Below are positions 1 through 10,858 of a stretch of DNA of 64,000 nt, piece after piece. Position numbers and translations under genes: made by a program. The notes beneath the pieces were generated by a model. The model was not told the origin of the DNA and made no database searches. It saw only the letters and a list, made by a program, of their open reading frames with translations. The DNA is from Ramazzottius varieornatus (lineage: Eukaryota; Animalia; Tardigrada), in NCBI GenBank assembly GCA_001949185.1, contig BDGG01000002.1, forward strand, positions 7,306,448 to 7,370,447. The letters are read 5' to 3'. Positions within the stretch are counted from its first letter, which is position 1, and each line of letters opens with the position of its first letter.

Positions 1-1450
1 ACAGGGTAGTTCGACTATGGAACGTCAAGCAGCGTAAAGCTCTTCAGTCGTATTCCATCAAGGCTGATGCTCTTTGCGTAGCGTGGGCTCCTGACGGAAA
101 GACGTTCGCCGTCGGAGACAAAGATGACGTCCTCACGTTTTACGAGGTCGAGAAAGGACAGAAAGTGGATCGACAGTTCGGGTACGAAATCAACGAGTTC
201 GTGTTCCGCGAAAGCAACGGCAGTATCTACCTGTTCCTGACCACCGGAACCACCGCGGGACATGGCGGCAGGCTGGAGTACTTCGAATACGCCTTTCCCG
301 AACTGCGCCCAATGTAAGCAACAGGTGGAACATAGCTTTGCTTTTGAGCTGACGTTTGACTATGTGCTGCAGAAACAGCATTCCAGTTTCCGGTGTAACC
401 AGCACAGTGGCCAAGCTGAATTACACCGGAAGTGCGCTAGCTGTTGGAGGGATGGACGGTAACGTGACACTATGGGACATGAATGGAATGTTTCCCATGC
501 AAGAAGTCTCTCGGCAGAAGCAAGGCATACGCGGTATATCCTTCAGTCACGATAACCGTTTCATAGCCTGTGTGGCCGAGCATGAAAACTACATCGACGT
601 AGCGCTGGTCGAGACCGGCGAGAAAGTATGGAGTTTCCAGAACGAAGAGCGTGACGACGAAGAGCATACCTCACTCTGCTGCATCGCCTTCCATCCTACC
701 CAACTGTACCTCGCTTGTGCTTACGACCACAAGAAAAGCCACAAAGACGGATCGTTCGTGAGACTCTTTGGTGGAACTGGTCCATATGATGACAAGAAGA
801 AGGATGGAAGAGATTCGCGAGGTCGATCGAGGGAACGAGAGACCAAGGCCGTCAAAAAGCCACTTCCGGTCAAAGTCGAGAAGGATAAAGATGGGAAAGA
901 TAAAGAGAAAGTAAGATTCGAGTCAAAGTTTTCGTTTCTGAAACCTACGGCAGAGCAGCTAGCGGGACTGGAAGAAAGGAAAGCAGCGAAGGAAGCCAGG
1001 GATGCCAAAGCTGCGCAGATGGCGCAAGCTAGAGCGGCTGCTGCGGCTGCGAGATTACCGGTGAGTTTTTCTGAGCTCGAAAAGGAGGAAGTGGTAAGTT
1101 TTCTTGGTTGCTTGTAGGTGAAAGTGGCAACGAGGCTTGGTGCAGCAGTCACGGCCTCGCCAGTGCGTTCGGGGATCCGGGAGACGGCCAAGCCTCAACT
1201 TCCGGCACAGCCTTCGAGGGATTCGCCGAAGAACTCTCGGCCAGCAAGTCCGCGGAACAAGGACGTAAGTAGCGGAAGAAGAGAAGATGATCCGAAGGAA
1301 GGGTCGTCTAGGAGTTCGTCGACGAATACCAGAAAGCTGGAAGTGGAAGAGAATGACCGGAAGAGGATCCGGTCGAGCGCAAGAGAGGGAGATGGCAAAG
1401 ATTCAAAACAACAACCTGCTGCACCAAGAGGCGATAATCCACGAAGGTAG
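1..1450 (+). CDS. THOC3: THO complex subunit 3 (Tex1), WD40 protein; 5' part lies outside the window; long charged C-terminal extension
   Basis: Frame 3 from base 3 reads RVVRLWNVK...VAWAPDGKTFAVGDKDDVLTF...YEINEF. After an intron (~315-372) it continues ISFSHDNRFIA..ENYIDVALVETGEKVW..AFHPTQLYLACAYD..GSFVRLFG, matching THOC3 motifs (WSPDGQTIAVGNKDDVVTF, LSFSHDG, IDIAEVETGDKLW, GTVKLFG). Intron 1060-1117, stop at 1450. Confidence 0.88.
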
Positions 1451-1773
1451 TGTTTCATTCGTCTGCGAGTGATTCATCTGTCTTTTTAGAAAGGATGCTG
1501 TAAAATAAAATTCGACTTCGTCTCGAGTTGGCACCTCTCTCCGAGATAGTTTGTTATCTTCGTTCTTTACATATACTGTAGGTGTTGATCTCATACTTTT
1601 TACTGGCTCATACTTTTCGAAGCCAGTTCACGCTACCAGTTCTTACCTTCACGTGCACAACTATCAAATACACTGTGGTAGTGAATGAATCTCGCAGCTT
1701 TCTCATATAGTTACCGGAAAAATTGTTAGAAATCACAGATGAAACTAATAGTGCTAGACTGGGACGATTAGTT

Positions 1774-2638
1774 TCAGGGTCGCGGTAATTCGACTGAGGA
1801 ATTAAAATTCGTTCGGAAAAGCATAGGGCGGCGGTTCTTGATCTGAGATCTTCTCATACTTTTCAAGTGTGACCACAAGTCTTCCAGGAAACGCAGGGTC
1901 CAGGGAACACCGTTTCCGTTGGTCGCACGTGGCTCCACATGGACTTCAACATAATTCTCGACGACGTCGCCATCACGAATCAAGTTTTTCCAACGCGAAC
2001 CGACTGCGAAACAAAGACCGTGGAACTCGGTAGCGTAAACATTGCTATAGCAAAGTCAGTATCTTTTGCGCCACTAGCCCACTTCTATCCAAATATTTGA
2101 CCGTCCGTAGTTTTTCCATCTTTGATGTCCTCAAGCAGGCGCCCAGATCGATCGGGGAGTCGCATGGTTTACCAGGATAAGGCGCGTGACACCGTCAGAC
2201 GCTGGTATTGCAAGGAAGATGGCCGCCCATTTGAGGGATTGTACATCGCCGTAGTTGGCACAATGTAACCTGTCAAGCTCCTTCGGTGGACTCTTTCTAA
2301 TGAAGTCTTCCACAACAGCGACACTCTCGGCACGCTTCTGAATCTGTCTCAGCTCGGAAGCTCACGAGGTCGATACTCTGTAAGCAAACCCGGATATAAA
2401 AGATAGGATGAGAATTATCAGAAACGGCGTACTGTACAGCACAGAAAGTACCTGCTCAGTCGTGAAGCCTGACGAAGATTCAGATGGTTGAAAAGCTCGT
2501 CTCGAAGGTGACGTTGGATCAAAGGGAACACCTCTTGAGTTGTAAGCACGCTCTCCGCAATGGATTCCTCACACGTGTCGTTTTCAGTCGCTTTGCCGAG
2601 CTGTCATCGTCCGATGATGGTTCCTGTCTCAGTGACAT
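1774..2638 (-). pseudogene. Probable decayed F-box protein gene
   Basis: ATG at 2638 (MSLRQEPSSDDDSSAKRLK), then a frameshift into ..LRDELFNHLNLRQASRLS|RVSTS*ASELRQ. This is an F-box-like motif with TGA where Trp is expected (RVxxxW). A second frameshift near 2160; GT-AG introns retained. Confidence 0.45.
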
Positions 2639-3112
2639 TGTTGGGTGTGCACCGGAAAAAAAGAGAATCTTGACACTAGATTAAGTTGGGTTCTATCGCG
2701 AGCGAGCGAAAGCCGGAAGGCGTTGGAAATCGGGAAGAAATCCCAGCAAATGCAAATTAAATTTTTAAGAAATTGCAGGAGTGGAGTCCAGTAGCCAGAC
2801 TTCTCATATGACATCACCAAATATAACTCTTTTTGTGATCGTTAAGTGATGACAGCAAGTGATGTCATATAATGTTCACATTTGCAACTGCAGTTGGTTT
2901 TTAGTTTCTCGATCTTCAGTTTTCGGTTCCGAAAGATCCCATTCTCAGATCGCCGCTTTTGCTGATTATCGTACCTATCACAAGCGGCACATCACCGGGT
3001 GCTCCACAACAGTAGCGGTATCATTGCAGTAAGGAAGTTTCTTGAATTTTAGGTTGATTTGTTGAGTCTGACAAACGCGCCATTGTCCAGCGAATACGCT
3101 TTCCAAATTCCA

Positions 3113-3815
3113 ATGGATTCTACATCTGAGCAGTTGCCGTTTGTTATGTTGGATACCTCCTTCGGGAAGATAGTTGTGGAGCTGTACTGGGATCATGCAC
3201 CCAGGACTTGCAGGAACTTCTCCGAGTTAGCCGGCCGAGGCTACTATGACGGAGTATTATTTCATCGTATCATTCGAGATTTCGTAAGTAGCTGTTCTTT
3301 TCTTCTCATGTGTTAATTGTGAATCATACGAAGGTTCACCACTCTCTTGTTTTTCTCTCGTTTATGTAGGTAATACAAGGAGGTGATCCCACCGGAACAG
3401 GTAAGCTGGAATTGCCGTTGATGATTTTGTGCTGGGTGTGATCAAATATGACATGACACGACATAGCTCTCATTCCAAACAGGCTTCTAACTTCGCACGG
3501 TTTACAGGTCGCGGAGGTACATCCATCTACGGCAAGACTTTCGAGGATGAAATTCACCCTTCTCTGAAGCATGCAGGAGCAGGCATCCTTTCAATGGCCA
3601 ACGCTGGACCGAACTCAAACGGAAGCCAGTTTTTTATCACCCTCGCTCCCACTGCCCATCTCGATGGTAAACACGCTATATTTGGGCGCATCACTAGAGG
3701 TATGAAAGTTGTCGAACGGTTGTCCAAAGTCGAAACTGGAAAAGATGACAAGCCAGCTCATGATGTTAAGATCCTGAAAGCTTATCCTTTGGAAGAAATC
3801 CCTTCAAATTTATGA
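3113..3815 (+). CDS. PPIL1: Peptidyl-prolyl cis-trans isomerase-like 1 (spliceosomal cyclophilin), 3 exons (3113-3283, 3370-3400, 3508-3815)
   Basis: [31 protein letters not shown]|[10 protein letters not shown]|[56 protein letters not shown]; the YWxHAP and KAYP motifs are typical of PPIL1. Confidence 0.93.
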
Positions 3816-3942
3816 ACCACCAAGAGTACGTTCTGCCTTCGCGTCAGAAAACAGTCTGAAGATCTCTTCTAATTGCATTTGAGAAACCTCCAATATCAGC
3901 AAAGCTGTTCGCTATTTTGTTATTTATAATTTTGAGAGGCGC

Positions 3943-5752
3943 TCAGATGGTCAGCTTCTCCAAAGGATAGTTTTTGGGTCGTCCACGCAGCGGTTTTGCA
4001 TGATGTTCGATGAGCTGTGGTCCATAGATCTTCTTCAGCTTCTCCTCGACAATTTCGCTCAATATGAGGTATCGTTCAAACTAGAAACGATAAAAATTAC
4101 GAAAATTTAAACAACAGTGTGTGCCGTGTTAAGTTAGTACTACAGACTTACAATCTGGAGGCGCTGGACATGGTCCGTTGGCAAGTAAGCATTCGAGCAC
4201 CCCATGGAGGATTGGATGCTGTATGTCATGTCGTCTATCCGTTCGGTGAGACGTTGCCACTCTTGCTTGTCGCTTTCATGGTTGTTCTTGTGGAATCTGT
4301 TCAAGTTTTGTAGCTCGATGAGCATATTGGATAGATGATCGCGCTCGCCGAAGGACTGGACGACTAGTTTCTCCAAAGCAGTTTTCTCAGCAGTCCATTC
4401 CTGCATAATTCAGAACCTGTCAAGACGTTAGCTAATATACTGAAGAGGCGTTCGAAGTATCAATACCTCCGGACGAACTTCCGCCTCTCGTAGAGCTCGA
4501 TCCAGCTGAACCTTTTCCTTGTCTTTGTTCTCTGTACACAGTTCTAGGACTGCCTGAGACATCTCGTAAAAGCCGCAAAAGTCTGCGATATCGTAGAAAC
4601 TCTGTGGGGAGCAAAGCCACGTAAGCCTTGCTTAAAAATTCGTTTCGTCTTCGTGAATAGTCATGCTAACTTTTCCCAGATGCTGCTGAAATTCACTCAT
4701 GAAGGCCCGCCACCTCTTGCGGGCACGATGCATCTTGCGAAGTCGGAACCGGTCTTCCATCAGCTTCTTCTGCTCTTCAAATAGCCTGTAACCGGTAAAT
4801 ATTAATGACAATCACAATCGAGAGATGTTAATCAAAATCAAAGGTTCCAACAGAATAGCAACGAACTATGTACTCCATACGCTGTTGAGTTAGGTCCTCG
4901 CATCGAAGGCGATCCTTCTCAGCTCGTTGAGCCGTCTGGTCACGGACCGCCATGCTGACCTGCCATCGAAGACCATAGGTGGAATTTTTGGCTTCTATAA
5001 AATATGACAATATGTTTTCTTACGTGAATCTGTCGGTTGATCCACTTCACGTAATCGCGAACCATCAGCCGTTTCTCTTCCAAAACATTCCGTTTCTCGA
5101 TCGATGCGCTGAGCTCGAATTGAGCAGCCTAACGAACAATTCGTAAAAAGTTCGTCAATCAAGAGTTCAGCGAATGTTTAGTCTCCTACTTCGCTTGCGC
5201 GTTTGACCGTCTGCTCTTCGCGCCTGATTTCATTTCCACGTAGGTAAGACTGCGTGAATGGGGATAAACAGGAAAATGGACTGGAAGGAAAGACATCGAA
5301 TTATGCATCGCACACTGTATGTATGGTTTTACTGAACCGGTAGTGGTGACTTACATGTCGGCTTCTCGGACTTTCTTGTTCCCTTCGAAGATATGGCTGA
5401 TCTTGCCTTGGACGGCGGCTTGCTGAGCATACCTGAGATCGTGATCGGCTTCCGGGTCCGGCACGAAAACAGGGATCTCGTCAAGGACCAGTGGTTTCTT
5501 CGGTTGTTTTAGCCTATAGATTAGATTCTGCGTTTCCTCAGGAACGATCGGGGATTTGATCTCGTAGGGCACCAGAGAGCCATTTGCGTTCCTTTTATAG
5601 ATAATCTCTATGTCGTTTGGGTAAAGGAGTCCATCCGAAATACGCCCACTGGGAAGATCGGCAGTTTGGTCAAGCGCGGCATGTCGGACTTCCTTCTCCA
5701 CCGGCTTGTGTCCATGCTTTTTCTTCTCGCGCCCAAATCTTTTATTCTTCAT
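3943..5752 (-). CDS. Multi-exon basic/coiled-coil protein of unknown function
   Basis: ORF pieces 5351-5857, 4828-5010 and 4140-4406 are bounded by GT-AG sites. Last exon FERYLILSEIVEEKLKKIYGPQLIEHHAKPLRGRPKNYPLEKLTI*. No recognised family; internal exon boundaries are approximate. Confidence 0.6.
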
Positions 5753-6519
5753 GAATACGGCCAAACATTTGATTGAGAGACTGAGACATGAGAAAAACAG
5801 AGATTGAGGACTAAGACCGATAATGTCGCGATTTTCGCGACCTCGCCGACCCAGCAACGACCTTACCGTGCGAAAAGGGGTTTATACTTTCCCGCAAAGA
5901 ACGGAGCACGCTTCTATAGCAGTAAGTATAACACTCATGACGCGAAAAGAATTTCAACTTCCGGGCAGCAAATTCTACAGAACTCAATCATCCTTTCAGT
6001 CATGGTCCAATAAGGTAACCGTCCATAAGACTTAATGTCTTAAAACAGGGCAATTACCTACGAGGTAAACGACATAATTCGGGCATAGTGATTTTTCACT
6101 CGTAATTTGGGCATATTTTTTTCTCACCTCCTGCTGCGCGTAATGAACTGCTTTTTGTTTCGTGAGGTAGACTGATCCCTTTTCTCGAGATTTCAATAGG
6201 AGTGAGAACGACAAAGCGTTGTGAATCAGAGGAATTTGGCCTGGGAGAGAGATGGGTCTGTCCAATGTTAAAGAGCCCAGTGGTGTATCAACAGGCGTAC
6301 AATGAGAGATGAATCAAGCGTCGACGTTCATGTTCAAACTTTTCGCGTTGCCCGAATTATGGTGCGAAAATCGATATGCCCGACTTATATCGTTTACCTC
6401 GTACTAAAAAATAAATAAAAGCTTCACCGTAATTCAGAACACACTATACAGTACAAGAAAGATTATGGGATGAGTATACAGCAGGGTGATTTTACTCAAA
6501 CAAATACTACACAAAAGCA

Positions 6520-9500
6520 TTATGAAAGATCGTGAGAACTATTAGAAGGTTCTCGTTCAACACCGGTATCTTTACTATTGCTGAAACTGTTTCTCGCCAC
6601 ACTACTCGCGGAGCCTGAGGTCCTTCTCTCAAAACTCGATCCAACTCCCACCATTGTCCCCAAACTCTTTGTCGTCTTCGACAACCAGCTATTCTTACTC
6701 GCTTGATCGCCTTGACTTGCTAAGTTCAACTGGTGGAGTAATTCCTGCGTATAGCATTCCTTCTCAACCAACGCCAGCTTTGTGCGAGCTAACTCCAATT
6801 CCAACATCTTGATCTTTTCCTCATCAGGGTTCGTTTGACAGTTGGACTGTGCAGTGTCACCATCAGGAGGAAACTTGCATGCTTTACAAAGACCGTTCTG
6901 TACAGAATGGAGCTTAGCTGTCATGATCTCAAGGCGTTTCTCAAGCTGTAGGTTAATCTGCTTATACTGACTTTTCGATTCTTCTATCCTTCTTGTCTCA
7001 TTCTCCATGTTCCTACACAGCTCTTTCACCATACTGGCTTCGTCCCTCAGACGCTTCGTCTCGTCTTCCGCGTCGATCACCAGACAGTTCAACCTGGCTA
7101 TTTCTTTTTGTTGAAGTTCGTTCATGTCTTCGGCGTTGTCCAGTTCGCTTCTCAGCTGGATCTTCCCGTTGATCAGTTCGTGGGCCAGCTGGTCATTCTC
7201 ACGTTCCAGCCTCATCACTGTACCCATCAGCTCTCTTGTGTCTTTCTTGGCTCTTTCGAGTGGGTCTTCCGCGTTTCTTTCTTGCACTTGCGCGGCTTCG
7301 TACTGCGCCATCTTCTTCCGGCTAATCTTCTCGGTGACTGCTTGCTGTAGCAGCACGGAAACGAAGTCTTCATTCTTGTACCGTTTCGGCAAGGTTAAGC
7401 GGAAGAACCTCAGGATACCCTCGAAATCTAGACTGAGCAGGTCGTTCTTTGCAAGTCGAAGTAACGCTATCGCTACCTAAGAAAGGATCAAAGCCGTTTC
7501 GCACTGATGTTAAAGTCATCCACACAGCAAAAGCTCTTATCAGACCGGTCTTACCTGAAAAAGTACCGGGACGTTTTGACCGTCGCACAAAAACAGGTCG
7601 AAGACGCGGAAGACACAGAAGAGCGGAAACCTCGCGGTGAACAGAGTCAAAAACCTAAAGAAACATAACAGTGAGGAACGTCTGCAATTGTGTCGAGATT
7701 AAAAATTCCCTGGGTTAAGACATTGTGTACCATTGAGTGGCAAACATGTGGACCTCGACGCCGGTGTCTTGCAAGTGGAAATGTAAGTCCGGAATTTTCT
7801 CTTCTATCAAGCAATTCAGCTGATGAAACCGCACTCGCAAACCTACAAAAGACCAAGAAGCACCATAGTCCAATATCCACAAAATAACCGACTAATCTAG
7901 AAACAATCTACTCGTACCTTCAAAGTCGTTTCGCATCATTTCACGCACTCCGTAATTTTCCATCACCCGTACAAAAAGACAGAAAGCGTTCTCTTCCGGC
8001 ATCTGGAGCAATATAGTGGCAGCTATGAACGACAGGCTTTGCGAGTATCCCGTTTCCGGGTCGTATATGGAATACGCCTTTATGACACGGAATAACTGGT
8101 CTTGTCCTTCGCTGCCCGCTTCCTTAAAGAATTCATGAGCTGGAAACGTTCTACTGATGTCTTTCGTTATCTCACTTTCCCAGGGCGAATCTTGCACGCT
8201 CAGACTTTTGTACTTCTCTAACAGTTCGTCCGAGTTGAAACAACCCGCCAAGTTCTGCCACACTTCACACCGTAACGACTGGGGAATACCGTCGCGTCTG
8301 ATGATACTGTTCAGGTACTTCGGTCGAACAGCCAAGTTCGTTCGCCACTTGGTCAGTATTTCAGACCACACTTTGAGCTCTCCTTCCTCACACTCGCGGC
8401 TAACTCGGCCAGAGCCACTCAGCATCTGTTCGTCGCTATCGGAATCGGCGGTTTCGTCTTCTGAGGAAGAGGCGTCAAGAGCGGGGAGGACGCTAGGAAA
8501 CCTGCCTTCGCGCTGAGACTGACTTTCCAAGTTGATGACTTTGTAGAAACCTTTGTTAGACTCTTTCGTCGCTTTCCAAAACAGCCTGTTCGAAAACGAG
8601 AAAAACGAGTTTATCATCAGTTAATGAACTCTTCGAATTACGGCACGGCCCAGTCCAGGTCGACGGTCAAGGCCGTGCCCACACTTCCGGTGTACGTTTA
8701 GTTGACTGGGGCACTTTTTTCCTGTTACTTTATTGCGTATATGTGCAAACAGCTGGTTCTTTTACCGAAGGAAGAAGGTCTCTTGGAGTTGTCGGCGTCC
8801 CGGCATCCAGAACTTCTCCGACGGTGGGAAGATTCTTGCTTTCGAGCGAATAATAAACGTCAGCGTTTCTTCGAAGCCTGCCACTGTAATGTCCACTACG
8901 ATCGTCATGTAGCTTCGGTGTTCTCCGGGCGTTTCCGTGTTGAGCAGGAGGAACTTTTCTTCTCGAGGATCAAATCGGCAGAAGACGTTGAACTGCTTGC
9001 CGTTGTTCGACCAACTTTCCCCTGAAAGACGCTGTAGATCGGACCTGCTGATGTTCTTCCCCGCTGCCAGCCAGACTCCCGAGCATTTCTCCAGCGACAG
9101 ATGGGGATTCTCTGGACCGACTTGTAGAACATGGACGACGATCTCCTTCGGCAGATTGGCGCGTAACTAAAGAGAGAGCGGAATGTTATTCTAACTGGCT
9201 GATACATCATTCACCTGCATACTCACGCCCTAGTACGAAAACACCGAACGATGGATGCAGGTGAGAAAGATTATTCAAACTGCAGAACCCTGCATCCACC
9301 TGCATACTCATAAATCGCCAAAGCGTACCGGTACGACGTATGCAGGTTATTAATATGTCAACAGACTGACTTACCTTGAAGCAGTCTCTTCCTTCTCGCG
9401 GACAAGCAGCATACGCAGCTCCTTTGGAATCTTCTTCCTTAATTTCCACGCTGACATCGAACACGAAAGCTAACTCGCCTTGCGATAACCTACTCGTCAC

Positions 9501-10133
9501 GGGTTTGCGGAATGCACTGGCAAAGCACATCATGATGTTCGTCACCTGTTCCGCACTTTGGCACCGGAATGCATGACACAGGAATACCGCTTCTTCGTTG
9601 CTTCCATGTCCGAATGTGAAAGCAAAGCAATTGGAAGTTGTGTCAGTAGTCTTGCCTCCTTTGGCGCAGAAGATAATACGGAATACGGGATACTTGGCCA
9701 CTTCGTCCTCTGTCCCCTGCTCGTATAACACAACAGTACCTTGAGGAATTCTTGGCACTAGCAGATCCACAAGCACGGAAGTCTTTTCCTCTCTGCTTAA
9801 CGTGGCTAGGTACTTCATGATTTCCGCCTCTGCTCGAGGGGATCGCATGCTGGCTGCGCCCAAGTACACAACATTAGGGAACAGGACGTGATCCTCCGTT
9901 TCCGACGGCAGCGATATGCGATCGTCTTCCGGAGGTGTTGGTAGAGTGGCTGATGAGTTTCTGTTGTCGGATCCATTGCTGTTAGTGGAGCGTAGGTCCA
10001 GATTATCATCGGAAGCACCTACTGTCTTATCTGCATCTTCGAGCCACTGAGGCTTGGCTGGACTTGAGGTGCGATCCATCGCTCCTGATTGACTTGCCTC
10101 CTTCCCTGGGTCACCTGTCTCTCGCGCTGCCAT
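6520..10133 (-). CDS. RABGAP1: Rab GTPase-activating protein 1-like (PTB/PID + TBC + coiled coil)
   Basis: N-terminal PTB (VVYLGAASMRSPRAEAEI, FRIIFCAKG, FLCHAFRC). TBC domain (GIPQSLRCEVWQ, ITKDISRTFPAHEFFKE, YDPETGYSQSLSFIAA, MFATQW|FLTLFTARFPL). C-terminal coiled coil (RLERENDQLAHELI, LELELARTKLALVEKEC). Confidence 0.92.
9213..9347. repeat. Family B: two 50-bp ACCTGCATAC-N30-GTATGCAGGT units in a RABGAP1 intron
   Basis: Units at 9213-9262 and 9298-9347. Confidence 0.7.
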
Positions 10134-10343
10134 TGAGGAACGCTGTCATTGCCTGTAAAAGAAATCCCATCCAATCCACAGAAGAACGCTGGTTGTTTTA
10201 TCGAAAGAGGTTTCCAGACAGGAAGCAGACAGAAGGAAGTACAAGCCTACCAGGGAACAAAGTTTTGGATTTGAAGTATTAATTATTTTTGGAAATTGAA
10301 ATTCAGTTTTACGAATTACGACTTACGAGTTACGACCGTCAAT

Positions 10344-10830
10344 CAGTGTTGTTTTACTATGACTTCCGGAGTTTTACTTTTACTTCTACTTAATTAAAAT
10401 CCACAAAACTGCTAATTTTAACTACTTCCGGTTCCAAACTTAACAAGTAGAACTTTTACTTGATTAAAAGTTCGCGGGTTTCCGAATTTAATTTAATCTT
10501 AATTCTCCAACGGTACAACGCAGCATCGGACCTGCAGATTTAACAAGAGTAGTTAATATATGCTGCGTTTCTTTTCACCAAAACCTTCTGTTCTAATGTT
10601 TCCCCAGACGTTCGATTCTTCTTGCCCGTAGAAGCGTCCCCTGCTGTGGAAAAAACTCTCTCGGAGGGCGAGAAAGAGCACTGAATGGCTAGGACGTCGA
10701 GAGCGAGTCTGAAAATGAGGGAAATGGGCGCGATTGCTTTTCCAGAACACACTTGGTTCGATTTTGACGGAACAACCGGCTGCTAGTGGCGAAGTGAGAT
10801 ACTCTTCGACCTGTCGCTCGACAGGTAACT
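10344..10830 (-). mobile_element. hAT-superfamily transposon remnant (frameshifted C-terminal dimerization domain plus putative terminus)
   Basis: QVEEYLTSP..PSVFWKSNRAHFPH / RLALDVLAIQCSFSPSERVFSTAG..KKNRTSGETLE is the hATC dimerization motif, split by a frameshift near 10715. An AT-rich TTTTACT-repeat tract follows, ending at CAGTGTT (10344). Confidence 0.75.
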
Positions 10831-10858
10831 TGAAGACAAACCCACTGCCGACGCAGTA

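Noticed and set aside
721-1458. Long antisense ORFs opposite THOC3 (and similar ones opposite RABGAP1, POLR3B, WDR11 and the ankyrin gene)
   Set aside because: They are shadow frames of real coding exons with low-complexity translations.
2336-2350. In-frame TGA in the F-box-like exon as selenocysteine or readthrough
   Set aside because: It occupies an expected Trp position and is accompanied by frameshifts, so pseudogenisation is simpler.
8642-8716. Nested short inverted repeats (GGCACGGCC/GGCCGTGCC) in a RABGAP1 intron
   Set aside because: Single occurrence with short arms; cannot be distinguished from chance.
9213-9347. Repeat-spacer-repeat pattern resembling a CRISPR or guide array
   Set aside because: Only 1-2 units per locus, the arms are inverted rather than direct, they sit in eukaryotic introns, and there are no associated cas-like genes.
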